Positions 22,057 to 31,958 of a stretch of DNA of 63,423 bases are shown in pieces (positions within the stretch are counted from its first letter, which is position 1; every line of letters begins with the position of its first letter). The notes beneath the pieces were generated by a model. It saw nothing but the letters and a program-made list of their open reading frames with translations, had not been told where the DNA came from and did not search any database. Source of the DNA: Longimicrobiales bacterium (lineage in GTDB: Bacteria; Gemmatimonadota; Gemmatimonadetes; Longimicrobiales; Gaopeijiaceae); assembly GCA_965197725.1 (NCBI GenBank), contig CBDANQ010000020.1, positions 1-63,423 of the forward strand, in the 5' to 3' direction. Position numbers and translations under genes: made by a program.

Positions 22057-22473
22057 ATGCCCTACCCAGAAATGATGGTCGCCCCGATGCGTGACGATCT
22101 GGTCCGTGTCGGGTTCGCCGAGATGCGGACGCCGGAAGATGTCGATTCGGTCCTCGGCACAGAGAAGCGCACAACGCTCGTCGCGGTGAACTCTGTATGC
22201 GGTTGCGCCGCCGCGATGATGCGCCCCGCCGTTTACATGTCGTTGCAGGGAGAGAAGAAGCCGGAGGTCCTGACCACGGTCTTCGCGGGACAAGATTTGG
22301 AAGCCACCGATCGGACGCGGGACTACATCGTAGGCTTTCCGCCCTCGTCCCCGTCGATCGCGCTCTTCAAGGATGGCGAGCTGGCCTACTTCATGGAGCG
22401 CCACCAAATCGAGGGGCGCCACCCCGAAGACATCGCGTCCGACCTGCGCGCCGCGTACGAGCAGCACTGCTGA
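22057..22473 (+). CDS. BrxA/BrxB family bacilliredoxin
   Basis: NSVCGCAA, TVFAGQD, PPSSPSIALFKDG, ERHQIEG. Confidence 0.93.
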   Translation: MPYPEMMVAPMRDDLVRVGFAEMRTPEDVDSVLGTEKRTTLVAVNSVCGCAAAMMRPAVYMSLQGEKKPEVLTTVFAGQDLEATDRTRDYIVGFPPSSPSIALFKDGELAYFMERHQIEGRHPEDIASDLRAAYEQHC

Positions 22474-22778
22474 GGGAACAAGCTTGCGGGCTGGGCCTGT
22501 CAATCCCATCGCCCCAGGGGGCTCCGCGCAGGACGCGAACGGCCGTTTGCACCTTCTGGGCCGGGTGGCCCGGGGACAATTCAAGGTGCTCGAGGTCTCG
22601 TCGGAGATCGCCAATACGATGCAAAGCCGAGCTCACGCACCGTCTCTTCGACTCGGTACTTGGTATCGAAGTGTGGGATGCCCGTGTCCTGGGCGGCAGA
22701 ACCGACTGATGCGTACACGTAGTCCTCGACCCCGGCTTCCTTGGCGAGAGCCGAGCGAGGCGCTGCCGCTGCTCCTCC

Positions 22779-22982
22779 TCACCCTCGACGCGATGCCTCG
22801 TCGTCCACGTCCCCCGGAATCGCCTCGGCTCCCAGAGCGGCGAGCGCCTGCGCCTTCTTCGAGGTCGGATTCCGTGTTCTCGCGACCACCTTGTGTCCGT
22901 CGGCCAGCAGCGCCCGCGCCGTCGCACCTCCTTGCTGACCTGTCGCACCCGTAATCAGAATGGCATCTTGTCCCTTGTTCAT
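22779..22982 (-). pseudogene. NmrA-family NAD(P)-binding protein N-terminal remnant
   Basis: ILITGATGQQGGATARALL; stops after 67 aa. Confidence 0.75.
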
Positions 22983-23024
22983 GTGAAGCCTTCTCGATGC
23001 AACCCCTTTCAGGAAGCCTACACC

Positions 23025-23900
23025 ATGTTCCGATTCCGTTCGCTGCCCATAGCCGTTCTTGTCGCTGCCACGACCGCGTGCGCCGCATCAGATTCCGAAG
23101 ACACTTCGACGGCCGAGTCGGCGGCTGTGGCGTCCGGTCCCCGGGTCGCCCTCGCCCCGACCGCCGCCGGAGAGCTGCCCCCGGCGATCATCGGGGAGGG
23201 TGGTGGTCTCGGCGGCGAGGGCCTGGGCTATCTGGAGGGTGACGCGGCTACTCTGGGCTACCTCGCGGTCCCGGAGGGCGACGGGCCTTTCCCGGCTCTG
23301 GTAATCATTCATGAGTGGGACGGGCTGGTCGACCGGGTCCGGCAGGTCGCGGACGACTTCGCCGCCGAAGGGTACGTGACCATGGCCGCCGACCTCTACC
23401 AGGGCCGGACAGGCTCGAACCGTGAGGAGAACGTCTCGCTGATGCAGGAGGCGATGGCCGACATGCCCGCCGTCGTGGCCAACTTGAACGCGGCGGTGGC
23501 CTACCTGAAGGGTCGCTCAGATGTGACGGGTCGTGTCGGAGCCATGGGTTGGTGCTTCGGGGGCGGCATCGCGCTCTCCTACGGGCTGGACGGCGACGAC
23601 CACGACGCCACCGCAATCTTCTACGGCCGCCTCGTCGAGGACCCCGAGGTCCTCGCGCGCATGGACCACGAGGTCTACGGCACGTTCGCGCGCTTGGACC
23701 GCGGACCGCCCCCGGAGCAAGTAGCCGTTTTTGAGACGGCTCTACGCACCGCCGGGATCGAGAACGACCTGCACATTTACGACGCTGTAAACCACGGTTT
23801 CTGGCTTCACGTGGACGGAGACCCGGACGTGCGAAGCGGTCCCGCCCTCGACGCATGGGAGCGCCTCAAAGCGTATCTGGATCGCTCGTTGGGCGACTAA
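23025..23900 (+). CDS. Dienelactone hydrolase family lipoprotein
   Basis: Lipobox TTAC; IHEW, GWCFGG, NHGF. Confidence 0.9.
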   Translation: MFRFRSLPIAVLVAATTACAASDSEDTSTAESAAVASGPRVALAPTAAGELPPAIIGEGGGLGGEGLGYLEGDAATLGYLAVPEGDGPFPALVIIHEWDGLVDRVRQVADDFAAEGYVTMAADLYQGRTGSNREENVSLMQEAMADMPAVVANLNAAVAYLKGRSDVTGRVGAMGWCFGGGIALSYGLDGDDHDATAIFYGRLVEDPEVLARMDHEVYGTFARLDRGPPPEQVAVFETALRTAGIENDLHIYDAVNHGFWLHVDGDPDVRSGPALDAWERLKAYLDRSLGD

Positions 23901-23926
23901 AGCGTCGGTGCTGAGGGCGGCGCCCC

Positions 23927-24340
23927 TCAACCGTTGGACTTCGCACGTCTTCGAGCCAATAGACCGTCCAGGCTGAACGAACCACCTCCGTTGGCGGCGA
24001 GGAACAGGAAGATCCAACAGTACAGGACGGCCCGTTCACCGCGGTTCATGATTGAGACCCAACCGCCTGGAAAGTGCGCCTGGAAGAAGGCGACAGCCAT
24101 CTCACCTGCGAGCAAGAACGCCACGGGACGCGTCCACAGTCCCAGCAGGACAAGGCCGCCGCCGTAGAGCTCGAGCACGCCAGCCCACCATCCCTGCGTC
24201 ATGAACTCGACGGCAGCCTCTGCCCCGAAGACAGCAAAGAGCTTCTGCGCACCGTTCTGCATGAACATGAGGGCCACGACGATGCGTAGCGCGTTGAGGA
24301 AGAAGTGCGAAATGCCGGAGCGTGTGCCTTCACTGGTCAT
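23927..24340 (-). CDS. DoxX family membrane protein
   Basis: GAQKLF, LGLWTRPVAFLLAGEMAVA, GGGSFSLD. Confidence 0.88.
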   Translation of the reverse strand: MTSEGTRSGISHFFLNALRIVVALMFMQNGAQKLFAVFGAEAAVEFMTQGWWAGVLELYGGGLVLLGLWTRPVAFLLAGEMAVAFFQAHFPGGWVSIMNRGERAVLYCWIFLFLAANGGGSFSLDGLLARRRAKSNG

Positions 24341-24370
24341 GGGTCGCTGCGTGGAAGGTCCGCGAGGATT

Positions 24371-25280
24371 CTAGAGAATCGACTTGCCCAACGCGGAGGC
24401 CACAAGGCCCACGGCCAGTAGCGCGGTGTGGTTCCTGTCGTCCAGAACCGGATTCAACTCCACGATTTCGAGGCTGAGCAGCCTGCCTGACCGGGCAGCC
24501 TTCTCGCACACGAGGTGCCCTTCGCGGTAGGTCAGACCGCCCTGGACGGGCGTCCCCACGCCGGGAGCGACTCGGGGATCGAGCACGTCGAGATCGAACG
24601 AGAGGTGAAAGCCTCTCGTGCCGGCGTTCGCGCGCTTCAGCGCCTCTTCCATGCACACACCCACCCCCCGCTCGTCGATCTCCGACATCGTGAAAACCCG
24701 CACACCCAATTCAGAGAGCAGAGCCTTCTCGCCGGAATCGAGCTCGCGCGCGCCCAGGACGCTCACGTTCTCAGCACGAACGTCTGGCGTGGCGCCGAAG
24801 AGCTCGACCAGGCTGGCATGACCGTGACCCAGCAGCACCGCCAGGCTCATGCCATGGATGTTCCCGCTCGGCGTGGTCTCGGGACGGTTCATGTCCGCGT
24901 GAGCATCGACCCATATCACGCCGATCGACTCGCCGCGTGCTCGGAAGTGTTCCGCGACAGCCCCCACGGAGCCGACGGAGAGGGAGTGGTCGCCCCCTAG
25001 AATGAGGGGAAGGCAGCCGTCTGCCATCCCCTCGCTGACCATCGCGCCCACCCGGCGCACCACCTCGACGATCTCCTCAAGGAATCGCGTCCTCATCTCG
25101 CCTTGATGTGTGGTCTCGAATCCGCCCGCGGTCACGGTGCCGATCTCGCTCACGGTGTAGCCGAGCGATTCGATGGTGTCGGTGATGCCAGCGATCCGGA
25201 GGGCCGAGGGGCCCATGTCGACGCCGCGACGACCCGCCCCCAGGTCGATCGAAACACTCACGATCGCAACGTCTCGCGAC
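24371..25280 (-). CDS. rocF: Arginase (start uncertain)
   Basis: GVDMGPSALR, GGDHS, DAHAD, SGNIHG, SFDLD, PGVGTPV, ELNP. Confidence 0.9.
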
Positions 25281-25446
25281 GGGGTGGCGAACCGTGACTT
25301 CCACGCCACCCATGACGGCGACGCCGGTGATTCTGAGCGTGGGAGCGTGCGGGTCCGGATCGTGATACTCATCAGCCAGGTGCTCGAATCCACCCATGAT
25401 GGCGATGCCGTGACTCTCTACGTTGAGCCCGGGAGGGACAATGACT

Positions 25447-26903
25447 GATGGTGTCCCGCTGACAGTTGAAGGTGGTGGCGCCGGAGAGTCTCTTGGTTAG
25501 CCTGTCTTTCTCATTTCGGCAACCGGTTCATGGTCGTCGAGGTGGGCCCTGAGCATCCAGAGCTGGTCGTAGCCGATGATCCTCCGGTAGCTCTTCTCGG
25601 TTTCCACGAACGAGGCCGCAGCCCAGCGCAAGGCCATCGCTCCGTTCTTCCAGTTAGTCACCCTGCGGGTCTTCCGTCTTACGCCCGAGTGGGTGCTGTC
25701 GATCAGGTTGGTCGAGCCCAGGCACTTCCTCAGCCGCGGTGGGAGGCCGAGCCGGTTTATGGTGAACATCTCGCTGAGGCCTTCGCGCAGGCTGGCTGCG
25801 GCCGAGGGGTGGTCGCGCTCGAGCCATCGGGCGAGCTGCTCGAGCTTCTGCTCGCCCTGCTTCGCGTCCAGCTTCATCGCCGCCCGGAACGCCGCCTTCA
25901 CCTGAGGATGCTGATCCTTCGGCAGATGACCCAGCACGTTGCGGAGCTTGTGGTTGCGGCAGCGCTGGATGGGGTGACGTTGGCCGAACACCTTCTCGAT
26001 CGCCTTCCTGAGCGCTTTCGAGCCATCGATCACGAACAGCCGCCGCCTGCCCGGGTCCAGGCCGCGCTCGACCAGATCCTCTAGGAGCGCGCTGGTCACC
26101 TCGGCGTTCTCACTCGCTCCTTCCCTCACGCCCAGCACGTGCTTCTTTCCGTCTGAGTCCACGCCTACCGCAGCAAGCACGTGGTGCGAGCCCATCTGGA
26201 TCCCGTCCAGGTAGATCACCAGGAGGTCCCACGCATCCAGCCGGCGCTCCATCAGCTCCTTCAGCACGCGCTCCGAGGCCTCGACCGTCTCACGGCTCAC
26301 CGCCGACTTGCTCACCCCGACCGTGTCGGCCATCTCACCGATCACACGGCCGTACTTTCGCGTGCTCACCCCCGCCATCAGGACCTCGAGCATCCGATCC
26401 GCCACGGCGCCCGGTCTCCGCATCGCTGCGTACGCCGGCACCTCGACCTCGCCACCCTCCCCGGCGCCCCGGCGCCTGAGCCGTGGCCGCTCCACACGCA
26501 CCTTCCGGTCCAACAGGTAAACCACACCACCCTGCCGGCCATACCACACCGTGTCGTCTTCCGCTCGTGACCGACCTGCCTGCTTCACGCCTGCCACACC
26601 CTCGGCGCTCATCTCCAGCACCGCTTCGATCGTCGCTCGTCCCATCACCTGGATGACTTCGTCGATCGCGACCTCCGTCTGCTCCACGAGCTCAAGCATC
26701 GGAAGCAGAAACTGCCCCTCCCGCTTCAGGAACTCCCTGATCGCTCGCTTGTCCGCCCGATCCCTTACCTCGTACGTTCTCTTCATCGTGGTGGCTCCGT
26801 GTTGGGGTTTTTGCCTACCCGAGCCTATCGGCCCGGGACCCCCGGAGCCACCACTTTTCTTTCTCCCCTATCAGGGACCTTCAACTACGGTTGGGACAGC
26901 TTC
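25447..26903 (-). mobile_element. IS256-family insertion sequence, copy 1 (1457 bp)
   Basis: 8-bp TSD CAATGACT at 25439-25446 and 26904-26911. 27-bp imperfect IRs GATGGTGTCCCGCTGACAGTTGAAGGT / GAAGCTGTCCCAACCGTAGTTGAAGGT. Confidence 0.95.
25497..26786 (-). CDS. IS256-family transposase
   Basis: GVSTRKY, IYLDG, VIDGSKAL, QRCRNHK, STNLIDS. Confidence 0.95.
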   Translation of the reverse strand: MKRTYEVRDRADKRAIREFLKREGQFLLPMLELVEQTEVAIDEVIQVMGRATIEAVLEMSAEGVAGVKQAGRSRAEDDTVWYGRQGGVVYLLDRKVRVERPRLRRRGAGEGGEVEVPAYAAMRRPGAVADRMLEVLMAGVSTRKYGRVIGEMADTVGVSKSAVSRETVEASERVLKELMERRLDAWDLLVIYLDGIQMGSHHVLAAVGVDSDGKKHVLGVREGASENAEVTSALLEDLVERGLDPGRRRLFVIDGSKALRKAIEKVFGQRHPIQRCRNHKLRNVLGHLPKDQHPQVKAAFRAAMKLDAKQGEQKLEQLARWLERDHPSAAASLREGLSEMFTINRLGLPPRLRKCLGSTNLIDSTHSGVRRKTRRVTNWKNGAMALRWAAASFVETEKSYRRIIGYDQLWMLRAHLDDHEPVAEMRKTG

Positions 26904-27849
26904 CAATGACTTCGACGCCGCCGCACACCGTGAAGACTTGCAGCTCGGTAAGCCCCGGACCCATCAGCGCGTCGCGGAAGTCGAGCTCGCATCCGCCCAT
27001 GACGGCGATGGAGTAGTTCTTGCTTGCCGGACTCCAGCGACCCCTACGAGTACTGCCGCCCATGATGGCGACAATGAAGCCCGTCTTCTTCACCTGCCCA
27101 GCCGACGTGACAGTGTACTGGGGACTCGGCGCGGGCGTCGGAGTCGTCTGAGGCTCAACCACGACAGGGAGGCCACCGCCGCGTAGATCGCGCAGCAGTT
27201 TCTTGAGGGCGTCGACCGATGTAGCAGAATGCGCCGCGTCTACACGACGCTCGAACTCTTCGACGCTCATGACGTCGTTGGCGAAGTGCTCGCACAGCGT
27301 GTCGATCGTCACCTGCCGTGTGTTGGCAACGGGCTCCCGGCCCGAGTCGCTCTCGTTCTGCATCGATCGGTCGCTACCCCGCTCCCGGGACGCTCCTGAA
27401 ACCGCCATTCGATCACCAACAGTGACGCCTATGCTACGCTTCCCGAGTCCTTCGGGTTCAAGCGGACGTTGAGCTTATCCGAGGCATTCCCGCGCGGCAA
27501 GAAACCGCGGATTATGAAGCGGGTGGCGAAGGACGGACCTGCCCGCCGGGCGCCAAAACCGGGTTCACCGAGTCCGTCGCGACCATCGCTCGGCAGAGCG
27601 CGACCGGGTCCCCGCGACTGGCTCGTTCGAGTACCTCAACACTCAAGCAGTCGTGCATGTCTTTCCTGCCGGAACAAGTTTCCGAGGGTGGCCCGCCGAA
27701 ATCTGACAGTTCTCGACGGTGAGGCCGGTCGGGTGACAGCGTAAAGTGGTGTGAACAGTGCGGATACAGCTGACTGTCCCGAATGGTTGACGCGGCACGG
27801 TTCCTGCTGCAGTCAAGATACGGTCGGTACTACACCAGAGGGGTAAGAT

Positions 27850-28017
27850 ATGAGGAAGTTGACGGTCGGTCTGCTCAGCGCGGCAGCGCTCGCGACGACG
27901 ATCCTCCTGGTGCGCCAGCAGAAGCAGCTGGAGACGCAGACGGCTCCGGCCATCCCGGCCGGAGAGAGCGAACCGGCAACCATTTCACTCGAGCGCATCC
28001 GGGAGCTCGGTCTGTAG
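27850..28017 (+). CDS. Small 55-aa membrane-anchored protein (not in ORF track)
   Basis: MRKLTVGLLSAAALATTILLVRQQKQLETQ...LERIRELGL; AGAGGGG RBS; GC hairpin immediately after the stop. Confidence 0.6.
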   Translation: MRKLTVGLLSAAALATTILLVRQQKQLETQTAPAIPAGESEPATISLERIRELGL

Positions 28018-28046
28018 GCGGGGACCTTCGAGGCCCCCGCCGCCTC

Positions 28047-28301
28047 TCAGCCTTGGGCCGGTACGGCGCAGTCGAAGTGCGTGTAGTTCTTGTCGATGAA
28101 CTTTTTCCATTCGGCGGGCACGTCGGTATCCGGAAAAATCGCCTGAACCGGACACTCTGGTTCACAGGCACCGCAATCGATGCACTCGTCGGGATGTATA
28201 TAGTACTGATCCTCTGCCTCATATATGCAATCGACCGGACACACCTCGACGCAGCTCGCGTCCTTGAGCTCGATGCATGGCTCGGCGATGATGTAGGTCA
28301 T
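28047..28301 (-). CDS. Ferredoxin (7Fe/8Fe type)
   Basis: MTYIIAEPC...[10 protein letters not shown]...[13 protein letters not shown]. Confidence 0.95.
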   Translation of the reverse strand: MTYIIAEPCIELKDASCVEVCPVDCIYEAEDQYYIHPDECIDCGACEPECPVQAIFPDTDVPAEWKKFIDKNYTHFDCAVPAQG

Positions 28302-28381
28302 GGTCCAACAGGTCCTCTCATGTCATACCGTGTACGACGGGGCCCAAGGTGTAACCAAAGCCACTGTGGAAGGCAAGCACG

Positions 28382-28948
28382 TTACAGCCTCTTCGCGAAC
28401 GTCCGGTGCCAGTGCCTATACCGTTGCGCCACCCGCTCGTGCGTGCGTTCGGCTACAGGGAGCCAAGCCCGCGTTGTCTCCTCATGGATCGCGGCCCACC
28501 ACGCCTGATCCGGGTGCAGGTGCGCGTGGCGCAGCTGATCTAGGCGCTCGGAGAGCGCAGCGAGCCGCGAGGTCACCGGGAGTATAACGAGACGCTCTAC
28601 GAGCCGTTCGTCTCCCGGGGCGGGGATCTCTGCGAGCACTCGGGCGACGTGCTCGCCGATCTCCGACTCGACCTGGGGCAAGGCCACACGCAGCGACTCG
28701 GACTCAGACTCCAGCAACGCGCTGGCGGCGAGAGACGCAGGGTCCGAGTGCCCGACGTCCTGTACGAGTATCAGCACGGACCGTCCTGGGTGCAGATAGG
28801 CCGAGTCATGGTCGTTTTCGAGCAGGTCAACCCTTGGTCTCATGGCCAGATCGTGGGCACGTCGGACCAGGTCGAGCGCATCGTTCGCGAGCCCGATCGC
28901 CCGCAACGCCTTCACCACGGACGTGGACATCGCGACCGCGCGGTCCAC
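28382..28948 (-). CDS. Hypothetical protein with degenerate HD-like fold
   Basis: YLHP...ERLDQLRH pattern recalls HD_4 hydrolases, but the HD pair is absent. Confidence 0.55.
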   Translation of the reverse strand: MDRAVAMSTSVVKALRAIGLANDALDLVRRAHDLAMRPRVDLLENDHDSAYLHPGRSVLILVQDVGHSDPASLAASALLESESESLRVALPQVESEIGEHVARVLAEIPAPGDERLVERLVILPVTSRLAALSERLDQLRHAHLHPDQAWWAAIHEETTRAWLPVAERTHERVAQRYRHWHRTFAKRL

Positions 28949-28975
28949 GCCGTTCAGTGGAAGCGAGCCACCATG

Positions 28976-29815
28976 TCAGGCGGCCGTCGAAATCAAGTGG
29001 CGTTCGAAATGCTGGATGGTGCGTCCCACCGCTTCGTCGAGCTCGGGCGGCGACGATTCGAAGGGGTGCCGAGCCTGAAACGTATGACCCGCGTCGTTGA
29101 CGAGCATCATACGCGCATCCGCCGCCGCCTTGGCCAGAGCTCTTGCCTCGTCCGGCGGCACCGTCACGTCTTCGAGTCCGTGGAGAATCAGCCATGGCGA
29201 CGCGATGCGGCTCGCCGCCGACGGGACATCCAGGCGCGCGCTGTTCGTCTCGTAGTCCTCGAGCAACGAAACGTCCAGAGGCATCTGCTGACCGGTGCGC
29301 GTGTTCATGGCCCAGAGCCGACCAAGCTCGCGCCACTCCTTCTTGGTCTCGTCCGACCAACGGTCGAAGTGAGAGACGGCCGCCCAGGTGACGAGCGCGT
29401 CGACGCGAGGCTCCTCCGCAGCCGCCAGAATAGCCTGCCCTCCGCCCCGGCTGTGACCGAGCAATCCGACCTTTCTCGGTGCGCGGGGCAGCAGGCTTCC
29501 TCCGAAGATCTCGTCGAGCATTAGACGTACCTCGTCCAACTCGATGCTGAACGTGTTGGTGCCGAAGCTGTCGAGCTCCGTGAACTCCAGAGGGTCTGAG
29601 CCAATGCCGTTCCGAGTGAAGTTGAAGGAGACCACGGCGTGTCCAGCCGCGGCGAGCTGCTGGCATAGGTGGGGGAAGAAGCACCAGTCCTTGAAGCCCT
29701 TGAAGCCGTGCACGACGACGACGGCGGATGTCGGTGGCGGCCCATCGGGAATACGGACTTCCCCACGGATCGTCTCTCCTCGGCGCGGATCGCGAGTGAA
29801 GGGGAGGTGGATCAT
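28976..29815 (-). CDS. Alpha/beta hydrolase
   Basis: HGFKGFKDW, GHSRGG, HGLED, GHTF. Confidence 0.88.
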   Translation of the reverse strand: MIHLPFTRDPRRGETIRGEVRIPDGPPPTSAVVVVHGFKGFKDWCFFPHLCQQLAAAGHAVVSFNFTRNGIGSDPLEFTELDSFGTNTFSIELDEVRLMLDEIFGGSLLPRAPRKVGLLGHSRGGGQAILAAAEEPRVDALVTWAAVSHFDRWSDETKKEWRELGRLWAMNTRTGQQMPLDVSLLEDYETNSARLDVPSAASRIASPWLILHGLEDVTVPPDEARALAKAAADARMMLVNDAGHTFQARHPFESSPPELDEAVGRTIQHFERHLISTAA

Positions 29816-30378
29816 GCCTCGTCGCCCGCCTTCTTCCATTCGACGTCCGGCGTGTGCGATCGATGATTCTCGAGACGAGCGAACGTAAAGAGTACATCGG
29901 AGAGGCGATTCAGGTACCGGACCAAGTCTTCGTTCACCGACTCTGCCTCGGCGAGCCGTACAAGCGTGCGCTCGGCGCGGCGGCACGTCGTCCGACTCAG
30001 ATGCAGGGCGGCCGCGCCCGGCGTGCCACCTGGAAGCACGAACGCTCGTAGCTCGGACAGCTCACCGTCCGCCTCGTCCATCCACGACTCCATCTCCGAT
30101 ACACGAGCGACGGGGAGGCTCGGCGTGTCCGGGCGCCGGCGCCCGTCAGTCGGCGGCGGCGACGCCAGTTCCGCCCCCAGGGCAAAGAGATCGTGTTGCA
30201 TCGCTCCGAGTCGTTGCACGATTCCGGCGTCTGTCACATGCGCCGCAGCCCACCCGAGCGTCGCATTCAGTTCGTCGACAGAGCCGCACGCCTCGATGCG
30301 CGCATGGGCCTTGGAGACGCGACCCGCTCCGAGGAGAGACGTCTCACCCCCGTCGCCGGTCTTCGTGTAGATCCTCAC
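29812..30378 (-). CDS. Cob(I)alamin adenosyltransferase (PduO type)
   Basis: IYTKTGDGGET, GSVDELN, FVLPGG, RRAER, YLNRLSD. Confidence 0.95.
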   Translation of the reverse strand: MRIYTKTGDGGETSLLGAGRVSKAHARIEACGSVDELNATLGWAAAHVTDAGIVQRLGAMQHDLFALGAELASPPPTDGRRRPDTPSLPVARVSEMESWMDEADGELSELRAFVLPGGTPGAAALHLSRTTCRRAERTLVRLAEAESVNEDLVRYLNRLSDVLFTFARLENHRSHTPDVEWKKAGDEA

Positions 30379-30617
30379 CGGAGCTTCGTGAGTTTACGGA
30401 TCTGTTGGGCCTTTTCCAGCAGGGAGGTGGTTGTGTCCTTCTCTTCCGGCATCAGCAGATCACGGATGTCGAGCAGCAACTCCAACTCGAGCTGATCCCG
30501 CTGATACCCGGTGTCGAGGCGGGCCATCGCCTCGGCGTCACCGGCTTCCTCGGCAGCACTGAAGGCACCCCGATAGATCTTCTCGAGGCTCTGGAGCACT
30601 CGGTCACGACTGCGCAT
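30375..30617 (-). CDS. Small hypothetical protein
   Basis: 80-aa helical ORF coupled to the downstream gene. Confidence 0.65.
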   Translation of the reverse strand: MRSRDRVLQSLEKIYRGAFSAAEEAGDAEAMARLDTGYQRDQLELELLLDIRDLLMPEEKDTTTSLLEKAQQIRKLTKLR

Positions 30618-30630
30618 TGCTTCCCCCTCG

Positions 30631-31272
30631 CTACATGATCACGAGAAATCGGGAGCCCGGGCCCGATTCGTAGTAACCGCGAACGGTGGCACCGAGCTCG
30701 TCCAGACGATCCCTGAAGTAATGGTCCGACCCTGGTATGCGCACCAGCGTGATGTGCGCGCCCAACGGAGCGAGCAGCTTCGAGACCCTATCACCGGGAC
30801 CGAACTCGTCGTTCTCTCCCTGTACGACGAGGATCGGCTTATCGGTCTCCGCGAGGAAGGAGTAGTCGTAACGATCCATGTCGACCGGCAGGCCGAGGCC
30901 AAAAACCGCGACCACGCGCTCGTCGTCCACTCCGACCGAGAGTCCGACCAAGGATCCGAAGGAAAAGCCGCCCGCGAAGAGCGGCAGCTCGGGGTACTCC
31001 GCCTCGAGCCAGTCGAGCGCCGTCTCGAGGTCGGCATGCTCTGCGATCCCTTCATCGTAGCTCCCCGTGCTCGCGCCCACGCCACGGAAGTTGAACCGTA
31101 GCGCCACGAGCCCCGCGTCGTTGAGGGCCCGGGCCGCCCGGTACACGGCCTTGGTATGCATCGTGCCGCCGTGAAGGGGGTGCGGGTGACACACGACCGC
31201 CGCACCGCGTGCGGGGCCCGCCGGCTCTTTCACCAGCGCTTCGAGTCGACCGTGTGAAGCCGGGATGTGCAT
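30631..31272 (-). CDS. Alpha/beta hydrolase (COG2945-like)
   Basis: CHPHPLHGGTM, RFNFRGVG, GFSFG, DHYF. Confidence 0.9.
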   Translation of the reverse strand: MHIPASHGRLEALVKEPAGPARGAAVVCHPHPLHGGTMHTKAVYRAARALNDAGLVALRFNFRGVGASTGSYDEGIAEHADLETALDWLEAEYPELPLFAGGFSFGSLVGLSVGVDDERVVAVFGLGLPVDMDRYDYSFLAETDKPILVVQGENDEFGPGDRVSKLLAPLGAHITLVRIPGSDHYFRDRLDELGATVRGYYESGPGSRFLVIM

Positions 31273-31394
31273 GCGCGAGGGACCGCTCCATGAATGTGGC
31301 GCAAGCCGGTTCGTCGGCGGACTTCGCCGTGCAGTACCGGCAGAGCGAAGCTATCTTCATCGCACTGCCCGAAACGGTCAAGGCAACGACGGAC

Positions 31395-31838
31395 ATGACG
31401 GACACTTCTGAACGTGTGCAGGAAGCGGCCGCGGCTGCGAACGAGCTGTATTGGGGCTCCGAGCGTAGCGTAAATCAGATCGCCGAACAGCTCGACCTCT
31501 CGAAGGGTGCGCTGTACGGGATGATTCAGCCGCTACCCCGGGGCCTCGGCTGCCCCGTCTGTGGTGAAGAGGTCGTCTCCGCCAACCGTACGGCACGCGA
31601 ACGGGGTGTGCTCTCGTGCGTGCAGTGCGCATGGAAAGGAGACGAAGATGAGACCGTCGCTGTTGGCGGAGAGGGAGCTGTGACGCTTCCGGTCTACGCG
31701 GAGGAGGACGAGGTCATCGTGCCGACACCGCTCGATCGCGGCCGCGCACGCACCCTCGCGGGCGGCGCTCTACTCGGTGCCGCGGCGGGGCTCGCGCTGG
31801 TCCTCTGGACGAGGAGAGGTAGTCGCGAGCCTAGATGA
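31395..31838 (+). CDS. Hypothetical HTH + zinc-ribbon protein with C-terminal membrane anchor
   Basis: SVNQIAEQLDLSKGALY, CPVC...CVQC, hydrophobic C-terminus. Confidence 0.6.
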   Translation: MTDTSERVQEAAAAANELYWGSERSVNQIAEQLDLSKGALYGMIQPLPRGLGCPVCGEEVVSANRTARERGVLSCVQCAWKGDEDETVAVGGEGAVTLPVYAEEDEVIVPTPLDRGRARTLAGGALLGAAAGLALVLWTRRGSREPR

Positions 31839-31958
31839 CCACGGGCTGCTAGTGACCACGCGCTCGACGCACCGCGACCCTCGAATCCACGACCGCATCG
31901 TGGGCACGGTGGTCATCGGGGACGGAACCGAGAAGGTCGCCGATTGGGAGTCCGCTTT

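Larger units (their letters stand above)
25281..27408 (-). pseudogene. DUF1707/LiaF-related protein interrupted by IS256
   Basis: Removing the IS rejoins ...VCGGVEVI with VPPGLNVESHGIAIMGGFEH in frame. Confidence 0.82.

Noticed and set aside
22057..22473. Bacilliredoxin outside Firmicutes as a novelty
   Set aside because: Bacillithiol-type systems are already known beyond Firmicutes.
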